Positions 1-11,065 of a DNA stretch of 64,000 nt are shown here, one piece after another. The translations under genes were made by a program, and so were the position numbers. The stretch's first letter is position 1. The number at the start of each line of letters is the position of its first letter. Source of the DNA: Barthelona sp. PCE (Eukaryota); NCBI GenBank assembly GCA_040285745.1, contig JAUFOR010000001.1:1054001-1118000 (forward strand). Reading direction: 5' to 3'. The notes beneath the pieces were generated by a model that was not told the DNA's origin, ran no database searches, and saw only the letters and a program-made list of their open reading frames with translations.

Positions 1-3000
1 TTATCAAAGTCCTCAACATGACTGAACTCCTTCTCGATGACGGTAACAAGCACTTTTAGATAAGTGTTTTGAATGTGGTGTTGTACCTGTTCGTATGCAA
101 ACTCCATGGCGTTTCTGGCCAGCTCAGAGTTATCGTCCACCTTCACCGGTTGAACAACGCGTGGCTCAACGACGCGCACAGGTAGTTTCAAGAACATACT
201 TGCCTTTCCATAAGGCTGAACCACGCCATCAGATATAGCATCCTTTACGTTCATCTGATTGCTAAGGATCTTAATCTGCAGCGTGACCTTGCTGGGGGTA
301 TCACTCATGGTCTGGATCTCGCTCAAGAAGTCAAAGACCGTATTGGTCCAGGGATTGGGCAACGTAAACTGACAGCGGCTTCTCTGGTCGTATGGTCCAA
401 CAGTTTTGAGCACCTGGATGGTGAAAAGTACACCCTCTCTGAGAAGGTTACGTTGTTTAGATTCAATAAGGAGGAGACGGAAGTCGATTTCGCTTAGTAG
501 AATAGGACGGTTACGCTTAATTGTGAGAGATCCCAAAAAGAAACCGAGGGCTGTGAATGCGCTACGCAATTCGTTTCTGTTTTCATCAGAAATATTAAAT
601 CCGCTCATAAAGTCAGTGAAGAAAACCGTATGTACAAGGGCGAACACAACAGCTTTGATTTCTTGGATCATTTCGACGTCTGACTTTGTAATGTTCAGTA
701 CCAAACTAATGAAGCGCTTGATATTTTTCTCCTTGATTACACGATGCAGTACAATGGCCTGCGCAACGAACTTACGCAGATCAACATCGTTCCGGTAGAT
801 GTCAAAGACTTCCGGTGCAATAGCAGCAGAATTATCTGCAGCGAGTCTGTTGAGAGCATGACGCAATCTATCGCGCTTAGCTTCTGTTGAGCACACGAAC
901 GTGACACCACCTCGCTTAACCATATCCTCAACGCAATCAGCAAAGTTGAACTCCTGACGAAGGGCGTCGATGTTGAGCACTGTATTGCTGATAGAGAACC
1001 GGGAACCAATTATTTCAACGTATTCACGATGGTCCGGAGGCGGTAGCGTGTAGCTGGAAGCAACAGCCTCACTTAAATGGAACTGTAAAACATCCTTCGC
1101 AGCAGGATCAAGCCAGAGCAAATATAGATGTTTGATGTTCGACTTTGTGAGCCTGAAGTACATGCGGAATGTTTCAAAGAGACCTTTGTCAATATTGACG
1201 AGTCCCTCCTGTTGAAAGATGTATGCAATGACGTGCTGGTAGTTGTCGAGCATAGGCTTGAGAGCCTCGATAAGATAAAAGAGATACCACTTCAAATTAC
1301 CATTATACTTGAGGAGCTCAGCCGAGAACAGCTTTTGGAAGTAAGGGAAGTAATTCTTTGGCATAGTCTTATGTTGGAAACAGAAGCCAGTGACAAGACC
1401 GAGTACTTTAACATGTTCCAACTCGAGCTGATGCAGATTCGAGAGGACGCTAATCAGCTCCTTCAAGAACGGCTCAGTGAGTTGTGACACGTTTAGAATG
1501 CTATGTGCAGGTAACTGATTTGAAACAAAAGCCTGCACACTCAGAGGTGCGTTCTTTTGCTGGTCAAACTGGGATCCACTAACCATCAAATACAGTCTGT
1601 GCATGTACACCACAACCTTCATAGAGTCGCTAATCTTCTGATCCACATTGTTGTGGAGGAACTTCCAGATGGCTTTTATGGACGGGTATGAGAAGTGTCT
1701 ATAGAATTGGATGAGATAAATGAGAAAAGATTCGAGAACACGGTAGTACTGACGCTGCTTATATCGATCAGCATAGAATGTTGGGCTGGACAGCGTGATG
1801 TTGGACTCGGGGATGGGGAACATATGTGGGAGAAGCCTTTCAATGTTGAGAAAAGACTTGCTCACACCCCACATCAAGGCGTCGAATGAGAATGTTCGAT
1901 CAGAGGACTGTAAAGCCATAACCAACATGTTATATTTCTTTAAGAACTCGAATGCACGCTGACGCTGCTTATCTGGGGGTTGGAACAGCTTAACAACTGC
2001 ATGTAGTAAAAGAACAGGCTGGGACTTGTGGAGTTCTTCGATAAATCGCGTATCCGTCTCCGAGGAGAGTTTTGCCTTCATCAGAGTCGGTGAGTCGTTA
2101 AGAAATGACAAGTACATAGCGGTGTAGTGGGTGAAACAATCCTTCAAAATGTCATTACCGTTCTTCCATACGTCGAGGCATTTAGCCAAACTCAGAAGAA
2201 CGTTCTTTGGGCTTTTCTTCACAAGTGAAATGAAGAGGTACTGTTGGGCACGCTTACTGTACACAGTGTTGAGCAAATTCACTATGAATTCCATGAAACA
2301 TGGGAAACGTGCGATTGAGTATGGATCTCCAGGCGTCACGTCAACATCGACGACCAAGCTGCTGTTTCGGTCAACATCTGACGCCTCAAGCAGCGCAATG
2401 AGGTCAGTAATGCTGTCGCTGTGCTGCAAGATGCTGCGGAAAATAAGATCGTGTATCCGGGCGTTGTTGAAGCGATAGGTAAAGAAGGTGGTCAGATTCA
2501 AGCGGCGCTTCATCGCTCTCATCAGGTTGTTAAGGAAGGTGGATACAGAAGCGATACTCATGACACGCTGGTGACTGTTATCCAGATGCTTCCACAGCAG
2601 AGCTTCCTCTGACTCTTCCGGCCACCGTATGTCCTTCAAGATATCACGGATCTGATCCAGACACTTGTGCAGGTCGTTACGGTCAATATTTGGGTTTTTG
2701 GAGAGGTAAATTTCAACATGCTCGAGCAAAGAAAGAATATTCACACCATCCTTGTAAGTGAGCTCTCTTAGGTTGCTGAGGTTCTTTAACACAATTGGAG
2801 CCTGTAACTCTTGCTCCTTGAGGAGGATACCAGTGTGAATGCAGTTTGCAGTCTCAATGAATTCACCCACACGTGGCTTGAATGATGAACAGTCCACTGT
2901 CTGAACAGGAATGTAGAAGGGGTTGTAGTTCATAAAGAGCTGCTGATCTAATGAATAAAAGTAGATTATCTCGTTACTGAGCTTATTAAAGTCAACCTGT

Positions 3001-3467
3001 TTCATGAGATCTGGTTTGGAGAATAACGCCTTTGCGAGCTTGTTACCCTGGATATAAATCCCTTCCAGGTTGGCCAGGTGAATGTCCATGAAGCAAAATG
3101 CAAGTATAAGCTGAGTTGTGACGTCGAGCTGGAGATGATGCACTAATCTTTCAAGGAGGTTAGTTACTGGGGTCTTAATGATGACAAGCGCCCTATAGAT
3201 GATCGATGAGATGTTGGGAAACTGATACAATTGTTCCAAACATTCCTTTAATTGTCTAAGAAGAGCGTTTGGTTCGTACTTCTCTGTTACAGAAGGCAGG
3301 TGTGTATTTGCAAATGGTAATAGATTAAATATGATCAAATCCGACAGTTGTTGATCTCCAACAATGTTTAACGGATCTTTAAGAAGCGATAAGTCCGCTT
3401 CTTCAGGTTGATCGTTAATGCATGAGCACCAATATGATATTTGGGTGTTTGCGGCAACTGCTAGCAT
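1..3467 (-). CDS. CNOT1: CCR4-NOT scaffold subunit NOT1 (5' part; runs off the window start; absent from the ORF track)
   Basis: Manual translation from ATG 3467 gives MLAVAANTQISYW..., and every segment sampled down to position 1 is open in the same frame. It contains LGFFLGSLTIKRNRPIL and FTLPNPWTNTVFDFLSEI, matching the CAF1-binding MIF4G motifs of NOT1 (LGHWLGMITLAKNKPIL; FRPPNPWTMAIM). Confidence 0.88.
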   Translation of the reverse strand, partial: MLAVAANTQISYWCSCINDQPEEADLSLLKDPLNIVGDQQLSDLIIFNLLPFANTHLPSVTEKYEPNALLRQLKECLEQLYQFPNISSIIYRALVIIKTPVTNLLERLVHHLQLDVTTQLILAFCFMDIHLANLEGIYIQGNKLAKALFSKPDLMKQVDFNKLSNEIIYFYSLDQQLFMNYNPFYIPVQTVDCSSFKPRVGEFIETANCIHTGILLKEQELQAPIVLKNLSNLRELTYKDGVNILSLLEHVEIYLSKNPNIDRNDLHKCLDQIRDILKDIRWPEESEEALLWKHLDNSHQRVMSIASVSTFLNNLMRAMKRRLNLTTFFTYRFNNARIHDLIFRSILQHSDSITDLIALLEASDVDRNSSLVVDVDVTPGDPYSIARFPCFMEFIVNLLNTVYSKRAQQYLFISLVKKSPKNVLLSLAKCLDVWKNGNDILKDCFTHYTAMYLSFLNDSPTLMKAKLSSETDTRFIEELHKSQPVLLLHAVVKLFQPPDKQRQRAFEFLKKYNMLVMALQSSDRTFSFDALMWGVSKSFLNIERLLPHMFPIPESNITLSSPTFYADRYKQRQYYRVLESFLIYLIQFYRHFSYPSIKAIWKFLHNNVDQKISDSMKVVVYMHRLYLMVSGSQFDQQKNAPLSVQAFVSNQLPAHSILNVSQLTEPFLKELISVLSNLHQLELEHVKVLGLVTGFCFQHKTMPKNYFPYFQKLFSAELLKYNGNLKWYLFYLIEALKPMLDNYQHVIAYIFQQEGLVNIDKGLFETFRMYFRLTKSNIKHLYLLWLDPAAKDVLQFHLSEAVASSYTLPPPDHREYVEIIGSRFSISNTVLNIDALRQEFNFADCVEDMVKRGGVTFVCSTEAKRDRLRHALNRLAADNSAAIAPEVFDIYRNDVDLRKFVAQAIVLHRVIKEKNIKRFISLVLNITKSDVEMIQEIKAVVFALVHTVFFTDFMSGFNISDENRNELRSAFTALGFFLGSLTIKRNRPILLSEIDFRLLLIESKQRNLLREGVLFTIQVLKTVGPYDQRSRCQFTLPNPWTNTVFDFLSEIQTMSDTPSKVTLQIKILSNQMNVKDAISDGVVQPYGKASMFLKLPVRVVEPRVVQPVKVDDNSELARNAMEFAYEQVQHHIQNTYLKVLVTVIEKEFSHVEDFD

Positions 3468-3663
3468 AAGTTTTCACAAAAAATAGCAATATTGACGCAA
3501 AAAAAAGGGAAATGTGTATAAATACATTTTTTTATTAAAAATACATGGCCCACTAACTAACAAACTCTAAAATACGTGGGTGTACAAGATATGAAAACAA
3601 GTAGAGTGTTCCTAACTCACTGTTGCATTTTTTCCTACTTTTCTAACACGATTTTTGCACTAG

Positions 3664-4440
3664 ATGCCTCAGCACAACTACATTGAAAGGTGGCAGAAGG
3701 AGTACGGCAGACGACATGACTTTGAAGAGCGTCACAGAAAGAAGGAAGCCAGAAAGAACAAAGTTATTGCCACCAAATCCAAGAAATTGCTCGGTCTAAA
3801 GGCTAAACTATATAACAAACAACGTTTCAAGGAGAAGGTTGCTATGAAAAAGCTTGTTCAAGCTCACGAGAAAAAAGACACAAAGCACAAGATCCAGGAT
3901 CCCAACACTGCACTACCTGCGTACCTGTTGGACAGAGAACGCATTGCCAGATCACAGACTCTTTCCAACAATCTTCGTCAGAAGAGAAAGGAACGTTCTT
4001 CTAAGTGGGATGTTCCAATCCCTAAGGTTAAGCCTATGGCTGACGACGAGGTCTTTGCTATTATCCGTTCTGGTAAAAGAAAGAGGAGGACGTGGAAACG
4101 TAAGGTAACAAAGATGACTTTTGTAGGTGATAATTACGTTCGTAAACATCCTAAATACGAACGTTTCATTCGCCCTGCTTCACTGCGTCTCAGAAAGGCG
4201 AACGTAACACATCCACAGCTCCAAGCTACTTTTTCGCTTCCCATCGTCAAGGTCGTTGAAAATCCAAGTGGAACCACACACACAACGCTCGGTATGTTGA
4301 CAAAGGGTACCATTATTGAGGTTAATGTTGCAGATTTGGGCCTTGTGACTCAGTCTGGTAAGGTTGTCTGGTCTAAGTATGCACAGATTATGAACAAGCC
4401 TGAATTAGATGGTTACGTTAATGCTTTATTGTTGGTGTAA
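3664..4440 (+). CDS. NSA2: Ribosome biogenesis protein NSA2
   Basis: MPQHNYIE start, KYERFIRP, TKGTIIEVNVADLGLVTQSGKVVWSKYAQ and NPE/KPE-DG-VNA-LLV C-terminus; 258 aa. Confidence 0.97.
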   Translation: MPQHNYIERWQKEYGRRHDFEERHRKKEARKNKVIATKSKKLLGLKAKLYNKQRFKEKVAMKKLVQAHEKKDTKHKIQDPNTALPAYLLDRERIARSQTLSNNLRQKRKERSSKWDVPIPKVKPMADDEVFAIIRSGKRKRRTWKRKVTKMTFVGDNYVRKHPKYERFIRPASLRLRKANVTHPQLQATFSLPIVKVVENPSGTTHTTLGMLTKGTIIEVNVADLGLVTQSGKVVWSKYAQIMNKPELDGYVNALLLV

Positions 4441-4496
4441 CTTGTTTTTAGTCATCAATGGAATAAAAATATCTTCAATTTTCTTTTACTATTTAT

Positions 4497-5051
4497 TTAC
4501 TTCTGATGACAGAATAATTGAAAATGATTTTGCAGTTTTGGATTCTTGTGAAGGAGTGGACTCATGATCTGTGAGTATTGAACGGATTCTGGTACCACGA
4601 CATTGCTTGAGTGTTGTACAACTGGTGTCAACTTGGTGTCTTTATCGAGTTGGTACCGTATTAAGGGTGTTATCGATGTGATATCATCTGTATTGGTGCT
4701 TTTGCGTGATACTAAGGGTGTTACATGACCATGACTGATTCTTTGAACCGCTCTGTCCACTGCCACCTGAGTTTGCAGTTCTTTGCATATAATACTCATC
4801 TTTTCTGTCTCATTTGCGTTTAAAACTTGATCTACAGCATTTCTAGGCAAATTTTTGACTGGAGTTCCGAAATTTGAGTTGATTTTACCCCCTATGTTGC
4901 CGTCATCGGTCGATAAGCTATTTTTGGAGCTGTTAGCTTCATTTTCCCTGCAAATCAAGTAGCATAACGTTTGATTCATAACAGGTAGTGGCATATTGCT
5001 GTTAGATCCTGATTTGTTGTTGCTTTTGGACCCCAACATGCTTTTGGACAT
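4497..5051 (-). CDS. Hypothetical S/N-rich, probably disordered protein
   Basis: 184-aa ATG ORF filling the gap between genes; its stop overlaps the AGTAAAT motif seen at other gene ends. No recognised domain. Confidence 0.6.
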   Translation of the reverse strand: MSKSMLGSKSNNKSGSNSNMPLPVMNQTLCYLICRENEANSSKNSLSTDDGNIGGKINSNFGTPVKNLPRNAVDQVLNANETEKMSIICKELQTQVAVDRAVQRISHGHVTPLVSRKSTNTDDITSITPLIRYQLDKDTKLTPVVQHSSNVVVPESVQYSQIMSPLLHKNPKLQNHFQLFCHQK

Positions 5052-5261
5052 TATTTCATCAAATCAAGATGGAGAAGAGGTTATGTAGAGGGAAACAAAA
5101 TAGCGTATTCTATTTTTTTCATCTTCTCAAATTTTTAAAAAGTGTTGAATGTTGTAATATAGAGGTTAAACTTGGGCCAAAGAGTTATAGTGTTGAAAAC
5201 AATATCATTTGGATTTTTTATTTTGTTTGCAGATGAGGCTTTCTTGCAACATATATGGTCA

Positions 5262-7085
5262 TTACCACCTCTTCAATACATCAATCACACTACTAACGGG
5301 GATGTAGATGCTGTATTCTTTTAGTATAGCAATTAAATTAATCTGCCTCTCATTAACTATGCATTCTGAGTTATTTGTACTGAAAAATGCCTCCTGAACG
5401 CACACGTTGAACCCATTCAGTTCCAGGTCTGCGGTTGAAAATACGCCAGCTCTTGGACTGAAGAACTGGTTGAGGTGTGTTGTGTTAAAGGGAATCTGAG
5501 TATCTACAATATTAATAGATGCACCATTGAATTTGCACAATTGATCGGCACACACAAATATATTATCATCAACAAAGCAGAATGGTAATCCAACAGGAAA
5601 AGGTACTTGATATTTAGATATGCTTTGTGACACTGAATCGATTACCCAGAGCTCAGGATTAGCTAAATCGAACGAAATTATGGCTTGTAAAGGGTTATAC
5701 TTATTGACTGTTACATAACAGAAGCAATTATCTAATAGGGGGGCAGTTAAAATATAGTCAACACACAATTTTCTTTCATCAAGGACACACACAACAACAC
5801 CTTCTCCTGCAATCCACACAACATTTCCCTCCCATTCGATATCACTGAAGTTCATTCCAGGCTCAAAAAAATATTCTGTATTGTTTATGATTAAAACTTC
5901 CTCATGAATTGACACATGGAATTTTCGGTCAAAAAAGCCATAGTTATTGTGTTTTGGCAAGATGTGGAATAATTGTTCGTTGTTTTCGTGATACGAATGT
6001 GTTTCATCTGGATGATTCAGCACGTAGCGGAAGAAAATGTTTTCTCCGTTGAGTTCAGGATCGAAATCGACCAATAAATTTTCGCATCCATCATGAACTG
6101 CGAATAAGATCGCTTTTTCACTCATAAGATCAAAGAAAATCAAATAATTAGGGTTATGTAGCGCCACAATTGATGGGTAAAACTCATTCCAAGCCAAAAC
6201 GCTGTTTGCTGCAAGCGAAATGCTTCCTGCTCTTGATTGACAGATCATTACTGGTATGGCCCTTGTCCCATATGCCGCATACACATGGGCACCGAAACTA
6301 AGAATATTGGAAAATGCTAAACAGCAAGTATTACGAATATTGGCGTTCTTTAACAGCGCTGCTTTTCTTTTTGAATAGTATTCAAGAAAATATAGCTCAT
6401 TATCAACACTTACCACTGAATTGTTTTTCTTTTTTATATCAAAACTTTGGGATAGTTCTTCTATGTGCACCCCATTTTTGATTTTTATCAACAGTCTGTC
6501 ACTAATATCATCAACAGAATTGACCACAATTGTTGGGATTCCTGTTCCCAATACATGTTGCAATCTGATCTTACTCTTCTTAAAACCTAAAGGAGTGAAA
6601 GCAATTTGTTCATCATTGAGATACATTGCCTGCAGCTCATTGTCTCTTTCAACTATTGGAACATGGGTACTGAATACTTTGCAGTTTAGTGGTTGAATGA
6701 ACCCAGTATCCACATTCAAAGAAAATAATTGATTGTCATCTGCAAATACACAGAACTTGTTCTCAAATACAAAGAATACTGAATCATTAGGAATTTCTAT
6801 ACTTACAGTTTTGTCATGCTCTAGTAAACGATATTTATGACTGTATGAAAAAAAATCCAATATGCCATAGGTTGCGTTCGAAACTAAAAAATTCCCTCCT
6901 ATACATTGTATCAGCTTTTCAACAGGGGCAGGAAGCTTCAAAGTGTGTGATGAAATGGGTTTTAATGCGAAACTTTCCCTCAATTCATACATACTGTCAC
7001 GATCAGGATGCAAAGTTACGAAAAGACTATCCCTATATTCAAAAGAGCCAATTGAAGTTGGTACACATTGATTAAAGCGAGGCAT
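5262..7085 (-). CDS. Uncharacterised beta-rich protein, 'MPR-start' paralog family
   Basis: First ATG gives MPRFNQ..., about 607 aa. Shares N[KQ]YNP, F-F[VI]D and the terminal PVSS motif with the 46281 gene. Confidence 0.8.
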   Translation of the reverse strand: MPRFNQCVPTSIGSFEYRDSLFVTLHPDRDSMYELRESFALKPISSHTLKLPAPVEKLIQCIGGNFLVSNATYGILDFFSYSHKYRLLEHDKTVSIEIPNDSVFFVFENKFCVFADDNQLFSLNVDTGFIQPLNCKVFSTHVPIVERDNELQAMYLNDEQIAFTPLGFKKSKIRLQHVLGTGIPTIVVNSVDDISDRLLIKIKNGVHIEELSQSFDIKKKNNSVVSVDNELYFLEYYSKRKAALLKNANIRNTCCLAFSNILSFGAHVYAAYGTRAIPVMICQSRAGSISLAANSVLAWNEFYPSIVALHNPNYLIFFDLMSEKAILFAVHDGCENLLVDFDPELNGENIFFRYVLNHPDETHSYHENNEQLFHILPKHNNYGFFDRKFHVSIHEEVLIINNTEYFFEPGMNFSDIEWEGNVVWIAGEGVVVCVLDERKLCVDYILTAPLLDNCFCYVTVNKYNPLQAIISFDLANPELWVIDSVSQSISKYQVPFPVGLPFCFVDDNIFVCADQLCKFNGASINIVDTQIPFNTTHLNQFFSPRAGVFSTADLELNGFNVCVQEAFFSTNNSECIVNERQINLIAILKEYSIYIPVSSVIDVLKRW

Positions 7086-7190
7086 TAGGACGCAAAAGCC
7101 GCACAAATCCCCAAATTAAAGCATATATTGGTAGTAATGGTAAAGAAAGAAAAATCACTATTTTATTAACATTGAAGAACATTTAATCAT

Positions 7191-8027
7191 TTAATTAGGA
7201 TATTGAACAAACTCAATCATTCCACTGTCCGATTTCCTGCACTTACCAAAGCCTAACTCTTTCCAGTTTGATTGTATTTTCGCCGCATCAAAAGCCACTC
7301 CGTTTGGTTGATTTGATTGGTTATCATTAAACTCACGAAGCCCAATCAAAATCTGACTGTCACGGCAGGCAGCAAATGACTTCTCATACAAAACACCATC
7401 AATGGTTACATTTTTCCATTCCATTTCACCATCATCAAAAGCTTCATTTGAAACGGTATCAAAGATCTTCGTAGGGTCTTCATCTGATGCGACGCGGAAG
7501 TATCGGCCAGTAAAATCACTTGCAATCTCATCAACACACATACAGAATGCATCGTTCCTAAATACATTCTTGTTTACCAGATTTCTACCTTCAGTTTGTT
7601 TAATTTGCATCACTAACAGCTCGCCACACATGCCACCTGCGCAGACGAAGCCATCAACCAAATTACCATGGCTAACTGCAAAACCATAGGTTTCTTCTTC
7701 AAATCTGTATGATTCTACATCATAAACACAAGTTCCACTCAAACCATCGTGTACACTGTGTCCATAGTGACTTCCAAGAACCACATACCCATCATCTGAC
7801 ATATGGTACCAGACATTGTAACCTGTAACTTTAAAGTCTGAAATTGTCCTGTAACTGGAGAGCTCTGGATCAAATCGAAGAACAAGAGCATTTCCTCCCC
7901 CGTAAATAAGTACGTATTCTCTTGATAACGACATTGTAGCATCATAGATATTACCTGAGAAATCACTTTCGATAATTTGTGAAGTGCGCTTGTTGGATTG
8001 GGGGTTTTCAGGTACTAATGTGGGCAT
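7191..8027 (-). CDS. Hypothetical protein, possibly beta-propeller-like
   Basis: 278-aa ATG ORF of short hydrophobic strands separated by G/D turns; no definite family. Confidence 0.65.
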   Translation of the reverse strand: MPTLVPENPQSNKRTSQIIESDFSGNIYDATMSLSREYVLIYGGGNALVLRFDPELSSYRTISDFKVTGYNVWYHMSDDGYVVLGSHYGHSVHDGLSGTCVYDVESYRFEEETYGFAVSHGNLVDGFVCAGGMCGELLVMQIKQTEGRNLVNKNVFRNDAFCMCVDEIASDFTGRYFRVASDEDPTKIFDTVSNEAFDDGEMEWKNVTIDGVLYEKSFAACRDSQILIGLREFNDNQSNQPNGVAFDAAKIQSNWKELGFGKCRKSDSGMIEFVQYPN

Positions 8028-8101
8028 TATGCTTAAAAAAGATTAAAAAATGTTGAAATAGGTGAAAAAAGTTGATAAAGAAATTTCAAGAAAAAATCAA
8101 T

Positions 8102-9508
8102 TTACATGAATTGAAGGAATAGCATGAGTTCTTGAGTGTCTTCCAACACGTTCATGATGCGCACAGTCTCGTCTCCAGCACCCAAATCGTACCTTTTAGT
8201 CTCCAACTTTGCAAAACAGTGATACAATCTTCCTAAAATGGCAGACACTATTTGATCTTCTGAACTAGACCATAGATAGGCAGTCTCCTTCGGCGCATGT
8301 TCGCTTGACTGCGAAAAAACATGTCTATTAATCAAACCGTCAGCAAAGAGTAAATTCAAACGCGCAGTGCTTTCATTAGGAGAGGCTACAATTAATTTTT
8401 CTACATGCATTGTTGAGAATTTCTGTGATGTCTGTCGCATGAAAAGTCCACATATACGTGAAGCAACGTCTCCATATATATCAGAAATGATTCTGCGGAG
8501 CATTGATATTCTCCAGTATTCAACGAGCTCTTTGTACTGGATAATGATATCGTTTTCTTCAGTCTTCTCAATGCAAAACGTAGGAATATACGAAAGGGTA
8601 GTGAAATCTTCTTCATTGTACGGTATTCTTCGTTGAACAAGATTGTTAATGATATCTTGGACTCTTATATTTATCACAAAGTCTGTTTTCATTCGACCAA
8701 CGCCGCCGTGTAGATCATATATGTAATCGATGCTGGTTGCGCTCTCTTTTAGATAGTTCGTTTGGAATCGATCTCCCGTGTGATGCATTAGTGCGTAATC
8801 CATTAAATGTACATGCAGCGATGCCATGCGGACCTGGGAGGGGACCATGGTCTCGAAGCGGGTGTCTGTAAAGCGCTTCAGCATTATCATTCTCATCTTT
8901 GCAACAAAAAATTTATGATTAATCGTCACACGACAGTTATCCACTTCAATCTCTGGGACTTGGCCCTCCTCGAGTATATCCTCGTTGTCCTGTGTGTACT
9001 GCATCTTAAATGTATCATTGACATTAATAGGGCTGATAGTCTTGAGTAGCTGCTCCTCAATCATCATAGTGATTACACTATCCACGTCTTTGATGTTCTC
9101 CAAGCGCTTGGATAGGTTTGTTTTTGTGTCAGGCCCCATGGAATTGATACTATTAATGATTGTTGAAAATTTTTCAATATCGTTCGGGTAGTACTGTTTT
9201 AATACATCATGTCTCATGGAAAAACAGCGACGGAGAATGCACAAATCCGGCATGAAATAATACTTAATGTCTCGATCACGTTTGTTAGAAGTAAGACGAT
9301 TGTCAATGGCTTGAATGATTTCAAAACATAATAAAACACTCAATGCCTGTTGGACCACGACAGGATCCTGATCGTATAACACCTGCATAATGTTTTTGAG
9401 GCTCATACCTTCGGAATTCAACAATAAAAGCCCAACAAGTGCAGTTCTTACATCAAACTCATTTTGCAAGATCGTGATGCACAACGATCTCTTCGCCTCG
9501 TCAATCAT
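8102..9508 (-). CDS. POLR3C: RNA polymerase III subunit RPC3/C62/C82
   Basis: N-terminal LCITILQNEF...VQQALSVLL matches the RPC3 winged helix, and C-terminal YGDVASRI...SEHAPKETAYLW matches FGSRCARIF...DHAPSRTFYLY. First ATG at 9508. Confidence 0.85.
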   Translation of the reverse strand: MIDEAKRSLCITILQNEFDVRTALVGLLLLNSEGMSLKNIMQVLYDQDPVVVQQALSVLLCFEIIQAIDNRLTSNKRDRDIKYYFMPDLCILRRCFSMRHDVLKQYYPNDIEKFSTIINSINSMGPDTKTNLSKRLENIKDVDSVITMMIEEQLLKTISPINVNDTFKMQYTQDNEDILEEGQVPEIEVDNCRVTINHKFFVAKMRMIMLKRFTDTRFETMVPSQVRMASLHVHLMDYALMHHTGDRFQTNYLKESATSIDYIYDLHGGVGRMKTDFVINIRVQDIINNLVQRRIPYNEEDFTTLSYIPTFCIEKTEENDIIIQYKELVEYWRISMLRRIISDIYGDVASRICGLFMRQTSQKFSTMHVEKLIVASPNESTARLNLLFADGLINRHVFSQSSEHAPKETAYLWSSSEDQIVSAILGRLYHCFAKLETKRYDLGAGDETVRIMNVLEDTQELMLFLQFM

Positions 9509-9575
9509 TGTCAAGTTGAAAAGGATCAAAAGTTGCTTTACAAATTTTTTATGTTAACGCTTGATGTTGTAGTTT

Positions 9576-11057
9576 ATGCAACGTAATACTGGGGACAATC
9601 ACTTGCGATGGATTTATCAGGGAGTTGCTTCTGTTGCTTACTGGATTGAATTGGTTTCTTCAGTTAATTTTTCGAAAGTTTACTGGGATGATTTATTAAT
9701 TGTGCAGGTTAACGTGCTCGTGCTGGAAGGCGGCGAGACACTTCAATTTCCAAGCAGATTCGAAAGCCTGCCAGCTTTTCTGCAGCTTTGTTTTTTACTA
9801 TCAGAAGTTTACAACTTTAAGTCTCCGCTGACACCACAAATCACACGGCTCATACACGAGCTGAACAAGGAAGGTACTTTAAATCTCCGTTTACCGCTTT
9901 TTCAAGACTTTCAATACGGTGGACTTTGTCCTTTACATATTGCAATTCTTTGTCGTAATGCGCCTTTTGCTATGGCAATTTTAGCAAAGGGCGGGGATCC
10001 ATCAGTCAAGACAAACGATATTATGAACAAAACTGAGGATGAGGATGATGATCAAGACATAATGATGTTAAGAGCCTCATCTCTGCACCTGGCCGTGGAA
10101 GCAGCGCTTCCCCCAGTCGTCGGGCGTATTTGCTCCATTAATCCTGATCTTCTCCTGGAGCGTGAGGAGCTCTTTGGTGATTTCCCGTTGCATGTTGCAT
10201 CACGTGCAATTGAGCATTCCAGGTCACTCAACGATGTTCTCAGGGTCATTACAACATTGATACGGCATTCAACGAGTGTCTCAATATTCGAAACAAATTC
10301 AGCAGAGCAATGGTCGTTCTTGGGTCAGTTGATTTACTCGTTGGCTGCCAAGAAGCGTGTGTTGAAGGAGCCGGCCATCGTAGAGTTTATAGAGTCAGTT
10401 TTTGAGGTAATAATAGCAAAGCATGGTGAGCCAGTTTTGAATACGCTCATTAATACACCGGATAAGGATTCTGAGCTGGTAACACACATTGCTGCGTCCA
10501 GAGAGCTCATCGATGTTATGTATGTGTTGTTTAAACACGGTGGATATGAATGTCTTGCGAAACGATGTGATAACATTGAGGAAGGTGTTGTAGGTTCTCC
10601 AATTGAGGTTGTTCAAGCCAGAAACTACGCTCTTGCACAGCAATTCGTACACAAATGCATGGAAAATGATTCTAGATTTAAGTTTAATTTAAACAGATGT
10701 ATTAAGGAGTTGCGTGAGGGAAGAAAACCAGCACCTGTAAGTGCAAAGAAATCTCTCCCCGTACAGACTAAACCCATTGCGAATTCAAGCATCAGGTTGA
10801 GTAGCAGAATCGCAACAAATAGAGGATATGGACTCCCACAGAAAATGCAAGCAGTTCCTTCTCAGCTTTTACCATCTCTTCCAGTACGGCCAAACCCACA
10901 GCAACAGCGAAAAACATTGCCCAGTAGTCAGGCTTTGCGAAAGAAGAAGAAGAAGAAGAGAGCTTTTGATGATGGGTTTTTAGAGGATGAGTTTGGGTTG
11001 GGAATAACCCAAGAGTCGCAAACACAGTCACAATGGAGTCAAATATGGAAAAGATAG
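9576..11057 (+). CDS. Ankyrin-repeat protein with a basic, disordered C-terminus
   Basis: Repeated ankyrin-type motifs CPLHIAIL, SSLHLAVE, FPLHVASR, VTHIAASR; poly-K tract near the C-terminus. Confidence 0.8.
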   Translation: MQRNTGDNHLRWIYQGVASVAYWIELVSSVNFSKVYWDDLLIVQVNVLVLEGGETLQFPSRFESLPAFLQLCFLLSEVYNFKSPLTPQITRLIHELNKEGTLNLRLPLFQDFQYGGLCPLHIAILCRNAPFAMAILAKGGDPSVKTNDIMNKTEDEDDDQDIMMLRASSLHLAVEAALPPVVGRICSINPDLLLEREELFGDFPLHVASRAIEHSRSLNDVLRVITTLIRHSTSVSIFETNSAEQWSFLGQLIYSLAAKKRVLKEPAIVEFIESVFEVIIAKHGEPVLNTLINTPDKDSELVTHIAASRELIDVMYVLFKHGGYECLAKRCDNIEEGVVGSPIEVVQARNYALAQQFVHKCMENDSRFKFNLNRCIKELREGRKPAPVSAKKSLPVQTKPIANSSIRLSSRIATNRGYGLPQKMQAVPSQLLPSLPVRPNPQQQRKTLPSSQALRKKKKKKRAFDDGFLEDEFGLGITQESQTQSQWSQIWKR

Positions 11058-11065
11058 AGCTTTTT

